Virus record (IMG/VR): IMGVR_UViG_3300042549_001429
Span: 933 to 64,932 of that record
Length of the DNA stretch: 64,000 nucleotides
Source: a virus
Taxonomy: Duplodnaviria; Caudoviricetes
Reading direction: 5' to 3' (one strand)
Shown here: in pieces, positions 1 to 9,700 of the stretch
How positions within the stretch are numbered: position 1 is the stretch's first letter
Layout: each line of letters starts with the position of its first letter
The notes under the pieces: model-generated
The model's input: the letters and a program-made list of their open reading frames with translations, nothing else
Databases searched by the model: none
What the model was told of the DNA's origin: nothing
Translations under genes and position numbers: made by a program

Positions 1-1
1 G

Positions 2-1087
2 ACGGGTGTTGTAACAGTTGAGCGCAGTCAGACTGCTGAGACGTATGCTGAGACGACCAAGGGTCTAAAGATTGACCGTGGTTATTTGAGCTCGTTGTTC
101 ATCAATGACGCCAAGAAGGACGAGTGTGTGTTTGAGGACGTGATGGTCTTGGTTGCTGACATTGAGATAGCAAACATTTTGCAGATTGAGAACGTGTTGA
201 AACCGGTGATAAGCGAAGGCAAGAAGCTGTTGATTATATCCCCGTGCAATACGAACGTGGTAAACACGTTGGCGGCTAACAGCATGAAGGGTAACTTGAA
301 AGTGGTGGCTGTTGCTCCGCCTAATTTTGGTTATAAGCAGCATGAGCTGATGCAAGACATTGCGCTTAGCGTTGGTGCTACCTACTTCAGTGAGAAGACG
401 GGTGACGACTTGAGCCATATCAACTATGGTGACTTGGGTCATGCAGCGAAAGTGATTGTTGGTAAGGACAAAACTGTGTTGATACGCAGTGAGGCCAAAT
501 CTGACCAAGGGTCAATTGACGAGAGAGTGGCTCAATTGTGGGAGATGCACAAGTCTGCTACCAAAAAGGCTGACAAAGACTTCATGTTGGAGCGCATTGC
601 TTCACTTACAGGTGGCATTGGTGTCATTTTCGTGGGTGGTCAGACTGACCTAGAGCAAAAAGAGTTGTATGACAGGGTTGATGACGCTGTTTGTGCGGTG
701 AGAAGCGCTCTTGAGGAGGGCATATTGCCGGGGGCCGGCAAGGCATTGGTCGATGAGACGGCTGCATTGCTCTCTGAGATGGTTGACATCAATATTAGTG
801 ACGAGCATGACGCAGCATTGAAGATTGTGGTGAACGCACTTATGGCTCCATTCCAACAAATCCTTGCAAATGCGGGCCTCAAGCCTAGTGACGTGTATAA
901 AGACGGCACACCGGTGGGTCATGGGTACAATTTGAAGACCGGTAAGATGGGCGACCTAGTTGAGATGGGTGTTATTGACCCGTTGAAGGTAACGAGAAGC
1001 GCACTTCAGAACGCAATCAGCGTGGCTGTAACGATACTAAGTACAAATGCAATCATAACCATGGCTCGTAGCTATGAGCAACAATAA
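2..1087 (+). CDS. groEL: Phage-encoded chaperonin GroEL (5'-truncated by window)
   Basis: Frame is open from base 2 (TGVVTVERSQ..GLKIDRGYLS); GroEL motifs ERIASLTGG, RVDDAVCAVRSALEEGILPGAG, GVIDPLKVTRSALQNA. Confidence 0.95.
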   Translation, partial: TGVVTVERSQTAETYAETTKGLKIDRGYLSSLFINDAKKDECVFEDVMVLVADIEIANILQIENVLKPVISEGKKLLIISPCNTNVVNTLAANSMKGNLKVVAVAPPNFGYKQHELMQDIALSVGATYFSEKTGDDLSHINYGDLGHAAKVIVGKDKTVLIRSEAKSDQGSIDERVAQLWEMHKSATKKADKDFMLERIASLTGGIGVIFVGGQTDLEQKELYDRVDDAVCAVRSALEEGILPGAGKALVDETAALLSEMVDINISDEHDAALKIVVNALMAPFQQILANAGLKPSDVYKDGTPVGHGYNLKTGKMGDLVEMGVIDPLKVTRSALQNAISVAVTILSTNAIITMARSYEQQ

Positions 1088-1182
1088 TAAGATTATGACA
1101 GAAATTGAATGGATAGTAGTAATTGTTGGTTATATTTTATGGTATTCGGTAGGATATAGTCAAGGTATAAAAAATAAAAAAA

Positions 1183-1440
1183 ATGAAACCAATAGGTAAA
1201 TACATTGTGGTTAAAGACGTTCAAGAGAGCGTTAAGACTGAGAGTGGGTTGATACTATCAGGTGAGGATACCAATCAGCTGCGATACAAAAGGGCTGAGG
1301 TGATTGCACCGGGTAGTGACGTGAGTGTTATTGACAAGGGTGACGAGCTGTACTACGACAAGGCGCACAGCTTTACGATGCTCATCAATGACGAGCAGTT
1401 CACGATAATATCGGAAAGAGATGTGGTGGTGGTGATTTAG
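1183..1440 (+). CDS. groES: Co-chaperonin GroES
   Basis: MKPIGKYIVVK..KTESGLIL..IISERDVV; 85 aa; follows groEL. Confidence 0.9.
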   Translation: MKPIGKYIVVKDVQESVKTESGLILSGEDTNQLRYKRAEVIAPGSDVSVIDKGDELYYDKAHSFTMLINDEQFTIISERDVVVVI

Positions 1441-1886
1441 TCACCACCATTTTTTTTGAGTCGCTGCGCTTTGCAGTACTCGTTCATCTGTATAATCATA
1501 TTCCTGTAGACCTTGTCTGAGTAAGACACATTTTTGTGGAACATGGGGTTGGCTGATAGGCTTGTTGGAATCTCTTCACCGTTTAGTTTTCGGTAGATGT
1601 CAAGGACCACACGTGTGGCTTTGTAGCTAAGTTGGTAAAGTGCTTTTCCGTCTGCGCCTTTTCTGCGAAAAGTTTCAATCCATCCATCTCGGTGCAAGTC
1701 TTTGAAGCGGTCGGCACTCCAACTTACAATTTCGCAGTATTCATCAAACTTATCTTTGCTAAAGTAACTTTCGGAGTAGAGGAACAGGATTATGTCAAGG
1801 TCTGCTTGGGTAAGCCCATGCTTCATTTTCATATAGTACCTGATGACTCTCCAAAATTTTAGGTAGTCATTTGGTGGTGATTTCAT
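1437..1886 (-). CDS. Putative winged-helix (MarR-like) DNA-binding protein
   Basis: GLTQADLDIILFLY...DGWIETFR..ALYQLSYKA pattern; lone antisense gene with its own promoter. Confidence 0.5.
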   Translation of the reverse strand: MKSPPNDYLKFWRVIRYYMKMKHGLTQADLDIILFLYSESYFSKDKFDEYCEIVSWSADRFKDLHRDGWIETFRRKGADGKALYQLSYKATRVVLDIYRKLNGEEIPTSLSANPMFHKNVSYSDKVYRNMIIQMNEYCKAQRLKKNGGD

Positions 1887-1901
1887 TTAATTTTATTTTA
1901 T

Positions 1902-1922
1902 TACATTTGTAAAGCAAAGTTA
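1902..1922. promoter_or_regulatory. Closely opposed Bacteroidota-type -7 elements (+ TACATTTG 1902-1909; - TAACTTTG 1915-1922)
   Basis: Match to the TAnnTTTG consensus between divergent ORFs 1886(-) and 1936(+). Confidence 0.55.
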
Positions 1923-1935
1923 AAAAATTATAGCT

Positions 1936-2169
1936 ATGGCAGATGAGAAAAACCCAAAGAAAGTCGAGGAGGAAGTTAAGACGCTTCGTCAGGAGATGGA
2001 CGCCATAACTTTTAAGAACAAGCAAGCCAAAGAGATTGCTGCCATTCAAGCCGGGAAGGAGAAGTTGAAAGACAAGCTTTCAAAGAATAGAGAGCGCAGG
2101 GTTGGAGCAGCAAGTAAAATCTCAGGCTTGGGCAGATTGCAAGGATTAGCTACATTTAAAACCAAATAA
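1936..2169 (+). CDS. Small basic hypothetical protein
   Basis: 77 aa Lys-rich ORF. Confidence 0.7.
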   Translation: MADEKNPKKVEEEVKTLRQEMDAITFKNKQAKEIAAIQAGKEKLKDKLSKNRERRVGAASKISGLGRLQGLATFKTK

Positions 2170-2180
2170 AAAAAAGCAAA

Positions 2181-2369
2181 ATGAAAAAATCAGTTCCGAA
2201 TCTTCCTGCATCTTCTAAGTTGCAGCCTCCTTCAGGTGGTGGACCATCTATCAAAGGAGCATTGAAAGCAAAGCCATTGGCTATGTCAGGTGGTGTACCT
2301 TCTAAGGGTGCTAAGTCTACTGTTGCAAAAGGTGGTGTATCTAAGAACCTTGTTAAAAAAGCAAAGTAA
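2181..2369 (+). CDS. Small basic hypothetical protein
   Basis: 62 aa K/G/S/P-rich ORF with A-rich leader. Confidence 0.65.
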   Translation: MKKSVPNLPASSKLQPPSGGGPSIKGALKAKPLAMSGGVPSKGAKSTVAKGGVSKNLVKKAK

Positions 2370-2497
2370 TGATGAAAGGTAAAATGGATGGCTTAGTTGG
2401 CAAGGCCGCTAAAGCTGTAAACAAAGTAGGTAAAGAAGTAAAGCCTGCTGTAAAAGCTATTAAAAAAGCAGTTAAAGCTGCACCTAAAAAGAAATAA
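2369..2497 (+). CDS. Lys/Ala-rich histone-H1-like micro-protein (42 aa, not in ORF track)
   Basis: MMKGKMDGLVGKAAKAVNKVGKEVKPAVKAIKKAVKAAPKKK; TAATG coupling to the previous ORF. Confidence 0.6.
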   Translation: MMKGKMDGLVGKAAKAVNKVGKEVKPAVKAIKKAVKAAPKKK

Positions 2498-2499
2498 TT

Positions 2500-2652
2500 A
2501 TGGCAACGTCAAAATTAGTTGAGAAAACTACTGAAGAGGAAGTAAAGCCAACGCAAGTAGTTGTTGAGCCTACTCCTGTTGTTGAAGAAAAAAAGGAAGA
2601 GCAAGAAGTTGTTCAATATCCCGGTAACCCTACTAGAGGATTCCGTCAATAA
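2500..2652 (+). CDS. Small acidic hypothetical protein (50 aa, not in ORF track)
   Basis: MATSKLVEKTTEEEVKP...GNPTRGFRQ; fills the operon gap. Confidence 0.6.
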   Translation: MATSKLVEKTTEEEVKPTQVVVEPTPVVEEKKEEQEVVQYPGNPTRGFRQ

Positions 2653-2658
2653 TCTACT

Positions 2659-2949
2659 ATGGCTGACAAGTCTAAAATGAAATGTAACAGTCCTGTCCCC
2701 TCTGATAGAGCGGGAAAGAAAAGGATGGTTAAAGCCTGTTCCGGAGGGGAGGAGAAGCTCCTCCACTTTGGAGCAAAGGGCTATGGTCATAACTATAGCG
2801 CTGAGGCACGTAAGAGTTTTAAGGCACGTCATAGTTGTGACACGGCAACTGACAAGTTAACTCCACGCTATTGGGCGTGTAAGAACTTATGGGCAGGCCC
2901 GGGTGGTTCAACCAAATCATCTCCTAAGGGAAGAAAAGGAAAATACTAA
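2659..2949 (+). CDS. Small basic phage protein
   Basis: HFGAKGY..RKSFKARHSC..RYWACKNLW motif recalled from aquatic viral genomes. Confidence 0.7.
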   Translation: MADKSKMKCNSPVPSDRAGKKRMVKACSGGEEKLLHFGAKGYGHNYSAEARKSFKARHSCDTATDKLTPRYWACKNLWAGPGGSTKSSPKGRKGKY

Positions 2950-3284
2950 TGAAAGACGCTTGCTATAAAAAAGTAAAAGCATCTTATGATGTGTTCCCTT
3001 CTGCTAGGGCTTCTCAAGCTATTGCTAAATGTCGTAAGGCATCAGGCAATGTAAGGAAGTCAGAGGAGGGTACAAGCCTAAAGCGTTGGGAGAAGGAGAA
3101 GTGGCAAGACACTAAGAGTGGTAAAGCCTGTGGAGCCGGAGGAAAGAATGAGTACTGTCGTCCAACGACACGAGTGTCTTCAAAGACACCAAAGACCAAG
3201 AGTGAAATTAGCCCGTCAAAACTTGCAGCAAAAAAGGCTGAGAAGTCACGGGTAGGTATGGGAAATAAAGTTTCAAAAGTTTAG
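2949..3284 (+). CDS. Small basic Cys-containing phage protein
   Basis: DACYKKVKA..FPSA..LKRWEKEKW..CRPT.RVS.KTPKT. Confidence 0.7.
   Translation: MKDACYKKVKASYDVFPSARASQAIAKCRKASGNVRKSEEGTSLKRWEKEKWQDTKSGKACGAGGKNEYCRPTTRVSSKTPKTKSEISPSKLAAKKAEKSRVGMGNKVSKV
3174..3189. repeat. 16-bp palindromic motif copy (GTGTCTTCAAAGACAC), intragenic
   Basis: Exact match to the dispersed motif. Confidence 0.9.
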
Positions 3285-3292
3285 TATATTTG
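3285..3292 (+). promoter_or_regulatory. Bacteroidota -7 promoter element TATATTTG
   Basis: TAnnTTTG about 20 nt upstream of ATG 3314. Confidence 0.55.
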
Positions 3293-3313
3293 TTCAAATT
3301 AAAATCAAATCAA

Positions 3314-3718
3314 ATGGCAACGAAAGTTAACAAATCAAATGCGGAGTTATTGGAATTAGTGCGTGCACTGAATATGACTCCTGCAGAAAAGGGTAGCAAA
3401 GCTGAAGCTAAGCTCAAGAAGATTGCTGAGAAAATCAAGCCAATCTTTGAAAGTTACAACGAGAAGCGTGAAGACATTCGTCTTGACCATGCTCACACGG
3501 AGTCCAATGGTGTATTGGACCTGAATGAGAAAGGTGAATACAAGTTCACTAAAGATGGAATCAAGGCGATGGCTAAGGACATGAAAAAACTTCTTGATGA
3601 TACTTTTGAGTTTTATCAGTTTACATTTTCAACCGAAGGTATCGAAAGCTTCAAGTTCCTCGCAGGATGGGTTGAAGGCATAGAGCCTGAGCAACCTTCC
3701 GAAAGCGATGAGCAATAA
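3314..3718 (+). CDS. Hypothetical protein
   Basis: Start moved to the ATG after the AAATCAAATCAA leader. Confidence 0.75.
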   Translation: MATKVNKSNAELLELVRALNMTPAEKGSKAEAKLKKIAEKIKPIFESYNEKREDIRLDHAHTESNGVLDLNEKGEYKFTKDGIKAMAKDMKKLLDDTFEFYQFTFSTEGIESFKFLAGWVEGIEPEQPSESDEQ

Positions 3719-3803
3719 AGTAAAAACACAATAGACGTAATAAGCAAGGCATCAGCTCTTTTGGGTTGATGCCATTGTTGTTTATACACCATAAAAAATA
3801 ATC

Positions 3804-3968
3804 ATGGAAAAGAGCAAAGGTCTAGGAGATACTATCGAGAAGATAACCACAGCAACCGGAATAAAAAAAGTAGTTGAAACTGTAGCAAAAGCAACAGGCA
3901 AAGATTGTGGCTGCAAAGCACGCAAAGACGCATTAAATAGAGCATTTCCTTATCAAGATAAAAAATAA
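3804..3968 (+). CDS. Small phage protein with CGC motif (54 aa, not in ORF track)
   Basis: MEKSKGLGDTIEKITTATGIKKVV..DCGCKARKDALN. Confidence 0.7.
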   Translation: MEKSKGLGDTIEKITTATGIKKVVETVAKATGKDCGCKARKDALNRAFPYQDKK

Positions 3969-3973
3969 AAAAT

Positions 3974-4459
3974 ATGTCAGTTTTTAAATCACAATTTTCA
4001 AGAGCACTCGCAGTTATCAAGAGCGATAACGCTGACGTGCCGTTTCCTGCTCCTGTAAAATCAGGGGAGAACACAAGTGCCGTAGAGAACGAGCTTGTTG
4101 ATACTGCAGGCGACTTTATCAATGCAGGTGTAAAGACCGGTGACATTGTTTACAACACTACTGATGGCTTAGCTGCTACAGTATTGTCTGTGACAAGTGC
4201 TACTGTGATTGTGCTTAATGCTGACATCTTCGCTGCCGCTGAAAAGGTTTACACTATCTACCAAGCAAGTCCTCAGACTACCATTGGCAACACAGGATGT
4301 AATCTTTACATTGGTGGAGCGGGTAACGTAAAGGTTACTACAATTGGCGGAGACATTATTACATTCACTGCTGTACCTGTTGGCTCAGTATTGCCTGTTC
4401 AGGTGATTAAGCTTCACAGCACAGGAACTACAGCTACACTTGTAAATGCTCTTTGGTAA
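3974..4459 (+). CDS. Putative virion structural protein
   Basis: Beta-rich; C-terminal LYIGGAGNVKV..FTAVPVGSVLPVQV motif typical of phage structural proteins. Confidence 0.55.
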   Translation: MSVFKSQFSRALAVIKSDNADVPFPAPVKSGENTSAVENELVDTAGDFINAGVKTGDIVYNTTDGLAATVLSVTSATVIVLNADIFAAAEKVYTIYQASPQTTIGNTGCNLYIGGAGNVKVTTIGGDIITFTAVPVGSVLPVQVIKLHSTGTTATLVNALW

Positions 4460-4747
4460 ATGAATCCTCAAGAAAACAATAGGCTTGATTATATGGCAGC
4501 AGAGTTAGATGCGTTGAAAAATGACGTAGCTGAGGTAAAGGCTATTGTCAAAGATATGCATAACCTTCTTTCAGGCAACCCTATCGACAAAGACTCAAGC
4601 GGAATGATTGGGGATTTGAGGAAGATGAAGCATGAAGTTTATGAGTTGAAATCTGAATTGAAAAAATACAAGAACTATTTTTATGCGCTAGTTACCCTAG
4701 TGGGGCTTGGCGTATTAAAAGTGATTATTGAAATACTAAAAGGGTAA
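4460..4747 (+). CDS. Coiled-coil protein with C-terminal TM helix (possible lysis accessory)
   Basis: Heptad pattern, then YFYALVTLVGLGVLKVII. Confidence 0.55.
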   Translation: MNPQENNRLDYMAAELDALKNDVAEVKAIVKDMHNLLSGNPIDKDSSGMIGDLRKMKHEVYELKSELKKYKNYFYALVTLVGLGVLKVIIEILKG

Positions 4748-4869
4748 TGGCAAAGTCAGTATCAAGTATAAAAAAAGTTAGCTTCGGTAAAAGAAAAACC
4801 GGTGTAGCTAAGAAATCATATAACAAACACAGTCCAAAACCAAAAAAATATAGGGGGCAAGGAAGATGA
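4747..4869 (+). CDS. Small basic protein ending KKYRGQGR (40 aa, not in ORF track)
   Basis: TAATG and ATGA overlaps with both neighbours. Confidence 0.6.
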   Translation: MAKSVSSIKKVSFGKRKTGVAKKSYNKHSPKPKKYRGQGR

Positions 4870-5102
4870 AAAAATTTTTTGAATGGTCAGCAGGATTCTT
4901 GTCTGAGAACGGACAAGCTTCAAGTAAAAGATTTGTAGGAGTGTTTAGTGCAATAGCATTGTGCTACACTTTGTATGCCAACCATGATTCGGTCAATGAA
5001 CCTTCAGAGGCTTTGGTGTATTCGGTTGCGGCTTTGTCTGCTGCTGCTCTAGGTATTAGTGCGGCTGAGAAGATATTTAAAAAGCCGGCTGACAAAGAAT
5101 GA
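4866..5102 (+). CDS. Putative holin (2 TM)
   Basis: SSKRF followed by two hydrophobic helices and a charged C-terminus; lysis context. Confidence 0.65.
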   Translation: MKKFFEWSAGFLSENGQASSKRFVGVFSAIALCYTLYANHDSVNEPSEALVYSVAALSAAALGISAAEKIFKKPADKE

Positions 5103-5857
5103 AAAATCTTTCCAAGGAGGAGCTACTAAGTAGATTGGAAGCGATTAATCGTAGCAATGCGATTATTTACTTTGACCTAAATGGATTTATTCTTGGTATG
5201 AATGCGATATTCTTGAAGGCTATGGGGTTTCAAGAAAAGGAACACGATAAAATAATAGGCAAGCATCACAGCATTTTTGTGTCCTACGAGTACTCAAAGT
5301 CTGATGACTACAAAAAGTTTTGGGAGACCTTAGCAAGTGGTCAATTTTATGAGGGTGAATTTGAAAGGAGAAAAGTAGACGGAAGCCCAATTTATTTGCA
5401 AGCAACCTACAACCCAATCTTTGACGATAGTGGAACAATTACAAAAGTAATGAAGATAGCAACCGACATTACTGAAACCGTTGTCAGCAAGAATAAAATT
5501 AATGAGCTATCAAAGACCTTGCAGACTGAGTTAGATAATACTAACAAGTTAAAGTTAGCTATTGAAATAGAAAAGGACGCAGCGTTAAACGATTTGGATG
5601 CAACAATAAAGAAAAGTCAAAACGAGCTGATTAAAACAATTGTTAAATCTGCTTTATTCGTGATTATGAGCGTAGGCTTTATTACAACCATTATGTACTC
5701 GTTTGCAATCTTGTCAAACAAGGACACACAGATTATTGGGTCAACGTGGTCGAATATGTTTTCGGTTTTATTGACCAATGCATTCTCAATAGTAGGTACC
5801 ATTATGGGAATTAAATATGCAACACAAGACGATAAAAAAATAAAAAATGAAAATTAG
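5099..5857 (+). CDS. PAS/PAC sensor - coiled coil - 2 TM protein in lysis cassette
   Basis: AINRSNAIIYFDLNG..IIGKHHSIFV..FWETL..GEFERR..YLQATYNPIFD..KVMKIATDIT, then coiled coil and two hydrophobic helices. Confidence 0.85.
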   Translation: MKNLSKEELLSRLEAINRSNAIIYFDLNGFILGMNAIFLKAMGFQEKEHDKIIGKHHSIFVSYEYSKSDDYKKFWETLASGQFYEGEFERRKVDGSPIYLQATYNPIFDDSGTITKVMKIATDITETVVSKNKINELSKTLQTELDNTNKLKLAIEIEKDAALNDLDATIKKSQNELIKTIVKSALFVIMSVGFITTIMYSFAILSNKDTQIIGSTWSNMFSVLLTNAFSIVGTIMGIKYATQDDKKIKNEN

Positions 5858-6314
5858 TAACCACCTATCTCTTTCCGAGGTAACAAGAAGCGAAACAGCA
5901 AAGCGTAGAGGAATCAGTAACACTCCAACCGCTGAGCATTTAGAGAACTTTAAGAAATTGGCTGAAAATATATTTGAGCCTATTCGTGAGCATTTTAAAG
6001 TACCTATTCATGTGTCGTCAGGGTACAGAAGCAAGGAGCTCAATTCTGCTATAGGTGGAAGTTTGTCCTCTCAGCATTGTCAGGGCGAAGCCATTGACAT
6101 CGACATGGATGGAAGCAGTAGTGGTGTTACCAACGCTGACGTTTACAACTTTATTAAGGACAATCTTGAGTTTGACCAATTGATTTGGGAATTTGGTACA
6201 GACGCTAATCCTGATTGGGTTCACGTTTCTTACGAAAGCACAGGCAAACAACGCAAGCAAAAACTAAAAGCTGTAAAAACAAATGGTAAGACTTCTTACG
6301 TTAATTTGCCTTAG
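5847..6314 (+). CDS. Endolysin, peptidase M15 family
   Basis: SSGYRS..SQHCQGEAID..WVHVS zinc-peptidase motifs. Confidence 0.9.
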   Translation: MKISNHLSLSEVTRSETAKRRGISNTPTAEHLENFKKLAENIFEPIREHFKVPIHVSSGYRSKELNSAIGGSLSSQHCQGEAIDIDMDGSSSGVTNADVYNFIKDNLEFDQLIWEFGTDANPDWVHVSYESTGKQRKQKLKAVKTNGKTSYVNLP

Positions 6315-6738
6315 TCTATCCTTATTTTCTTGCGCAACAAGAAAGGTAGCTATATCTAAGTCTGTAGTGGAGACACGTACAGACAGTGTTGTCGTGGAGA
6401 AAAAAGATAGCGTAGCGGTTCAGCAGAATGCTATTAGCATAAAGGAGGACATTGACGAGATTGAGATTGTGCCAATAGACACCTCCAAGCCTTTAGTTAT
6501 TGGAGGCAAAGAGTACTTTAATGCTACGGTCAAAATTAAAAAGACCAAGCGTGAGGTTGTAGATTCTACAAAAACAACTGTTGCTGTTAGCGACTATAAG
6601 CAGACCGAGGTCAGCAAAGAAGAGACAAAAGAGACTTATGACAAGTCAATAGATAAGAAGCCTAGCTACATGAATTTGTGGTGGCTTCTATTGATTCCAA
6701 TCGCTGTTTTGTCGATTAGATTCTTCCTTAAAAAATAA
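6283..6738 (+). CDS. Putative unimolecular spanin (lipoprotein with C-terminal TM)
   Basis: Signal peptide with lipobox LFSC, beta-rich middle, C-terminal LWWLLLIPIAVLSI. Confidence 0.65.
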   Translation: MVRLLTLICLSLSLFSCATRKVAISKSVVETRTDSVVVEKKDSVAVQQNAISIKEDIDEIEIVPIDTSKPLVIGGKEYFNATVKIKKTKREVVDSTKTTVAVSDYKQTEVSKEETKETYDKSIDKKPSYMNLWWLLLIPIAVLSIRFFLKK

Positions 6739-6751
6739 GGGTTATCTTTAG

Positions 6752-6759
6752 TATATTTG
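6752..6759 (+). promoter_or_regulatory. Bacteroidota -7 element TATATTTG
   Basis: Consensus match about 20 nt before ATG 6779. Confidence 0.5.
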
Positions 6760-6778
6760 TTTAATTATTTGACAGCGA

Positions 6779-9700
6779 ATGGCACGGATAAGTACATACC
6801 CAATAATATCTACCCCTACCCTCAACGACTTGTTGATTGGTACAGACGTGGACAACCTCAATAACACTAAGAATTTTACGATTAGTGAGATTGGTGATTT
6901 GATTGGACAAGACTACGTGCCCTATGTTGGAGCTACAGGCAACGTAAATTTAGGCGCTTTTAACATTCAAGCAGCTGCATTTATTGTGCCGGGAGGTCTT
7001 GCGAACCAATTCCTAAAAGCCAATGGTACGCTAGACAGCACCGCATACGTTCCTGAGACAAGAACAATTACCATTAATGGTACGACATTTAATCTTTCAG
7101 CCAATAGAACTTGGGACCTGCCTACGATTGATAGCTTAACAACTATTGGTACAAGTGGAGCAGCGACATACATTGGCAAGGTTTTAAATATCCCTGTCTA
7201 TCAGGCTCAGGGGAACTATATCACTCAACTTTCGGGAGAGGCTACAGCCTTAGGCCCCGGAAATGCAACCGTTACTCTTGATAACACCGCTGTAATTAGC
7301 AAGGTATTGTCAGGATTAAATATTACAGGAGGCAACATTGTTGCTTCTGACAATATTTTACAGGCATTCGGTAAGGTTCAAAACCAAATCAACAGTCTTG
7401 TTGGCGGTGTTCAGTACCAAGGTACATGGAATGCAGCAACCAATACTCCATTCTTACAGAGTTCAGTTGGAACGAAGGGTTACTATTATGTGGTAAGTGT
7501 GCCGGGTAATACAAACCTTAACGGCATTACTGATTGGAGACTTGGTGATTGGGCTATATTTAATGGGACAACATGGGACAAGGTTGACAATACTGATGCG
7601 GTTGTAAGCGTTAATGGATATACCGGAGCCGTAGTATTGACCTTTAGCGATGTCGGTGCTCCTCCTGCAACAAGAAATCTCACCATCAATGGCGTTGGTT
7701 ATGACTTGAGTGCAGATAGGTCTTGGACAGTTGGTGACGTAAGAACTGATGGTTCTTATGCGAATCCGTCTTGGATTACTTCACTTGGTTGGAATAAGAT
7801 TACAAGCACGCCTACTACGTTAGCCGGATATGGCATTACTGATGGCGCATCAAATACTACCACATTAACAATTAATGGAGTAACATTTGACCTTAGCGCC
7901 AATAGAACTTGGAATGTAGGGACAGTAACTAGCATTGCTACAAGTGGGCCACTTACAGGTGGAACCATTACTACATCAGGTACAATAGGCATTACTCAGG
8001 CGGGTCCAACTACGGATGGTTATTTGAGTAGCGCTGATTGGAATGACTTTAATGATAAACTAGATTCGCTTTCAGCTGCAGCTCCAATTACTTTGGCGGC
8101 AGGGGTTATAGGCATTACTCAGTCAGGAGCGTCCTCAAATGGTTATTTGAGTTCAACTGATTGGAATACTTTCAACAATAAACAGAATGCGCTTACCAAC
8201 CCGGTTACGGGTACCGGTACAACATATACGCTTCCAATGTGGAGCGGAGCAACTACGCTTACCAATAGTCCATTGTCTTATGTATCTGATGCATTTACGT
8301 TTCAATACAACAGCAACTCAGGCGGCACGGTAAACTTTACAAACAGTGGATTGACTGCGTACACGTATTCAATTCAGATGAACAACTTTGGTTCTCCGAG
8401 GTCAACTGTACACAGCTATACTGATGGCATTGTTGTAAACTCAATTGCCGGCACTCAGGTGTCACGAATGTTTGCCAATGGTAATTTTATCCTTGGTGAT
8501 GGCTTTGTTGACAATGGCTATAAGCTTGAGATAGAAGGAAATCTTTATGTTGATACAATTGCAAATGCAACTGTTGATACTGACAAGTTCCTTGTTTCAG
8601 ATTCAGGAGTTATTAAGTATAGAACAGGAGCAGAGTTAATTAGCGATATTGGAGCTGTTCCTTCTACTAGAACGCTTACCATTAATGGTACCGCTTTTGA
8701 TTTAAGCGCTGACCGTAGTTGGTCAGTTGGTACGGTTACATCTGTAGACATGAGTGTGCCTACAGGGTTTACCATTTCAGGGAATCCCGTTACATCTAGT
8801 GGCACACTTGCTGTAGCATTTGCTTCAGGATACAGTTTGCCTACAAATGCTGTTCAGGCCAATTGGACTACAGCGTATAATGATTCAATTGTAAGTGCTT
8901 CAGTAACAGGTACTGCTACTAAAACTTTGACATTGAATCAGCAAGATGGCGGTACTGTTACAGCTTCTTGGACTGACATTGATACAGCCCCGGTTACAAG
9001 TGTGTTTGGAAGAACAGGGGCAATTATAGCTCAGTCGGGTGATTACACAACGACCCTTGTTACCGAGGGCACTAATTTATATTACACAGACGGGCGTGCT
9101 CGTTTGGCTATTAGTCTTACTACAACAGGCAGCAGTGGTGCTGCTACATACAATAGTGGTACAGGAGTATTTAATATCCCTAATTACGGAAGTGCGTTAA
9201 CTGCTTACGTTCCTTATTCAGGAGCGACTCAAAGTGTTAACCTTGGAGAGTGGGGATTGACCGCAGGATTTGTAGGGTTTGACCTTACTCCTACCGGTAC
9301 ACCATCTGTTCCGGGCACGATGTTTTGGAGTGCTGACGATGAGACTGTAGACCTTGTAATGGATGCAGGCGTTACTCAGAAGATTGGTCAGGAGACGTTC
9401 TACCTTGTAAAGAATCAGACAGGAACAGCTATACCAAAGGGGACTGTTGTTCGTGCTGATGGAACGGTAGGGTCAAGCGGAAGGATATTGATTGCTCCAT
9501 TCTTAGCGAATGGCACAGTACCTTCTAAGTTCTGTATCGGTGTAACGGCAGAGACTATTGCTGATGGAGCAGATGGATTTGTTACTGCATTTGGAAAGAT
9601 TCGTCAGATTAACACTGCGTCTTTCCCGAATGGTACTGTGCTTTATGCCTCCCCTACTTCAGCGGGTGGATTCACTGCAACAGCTCCTCAGGCACCGAAC

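Noticed and set aside
65-922. Minus-strand ORFs opposite groEL and similar antisense ORFs across the late region
   Set aside because: Antisense shadows of well-supported genes with no recognisable motifs
3748-3773. Hairpin GGCATCAGCTC-TTTT-GGGTTGATGCC as a ribozyme
   Set aside because: No hammerhead core around it; probably a weak terminator or processing stem
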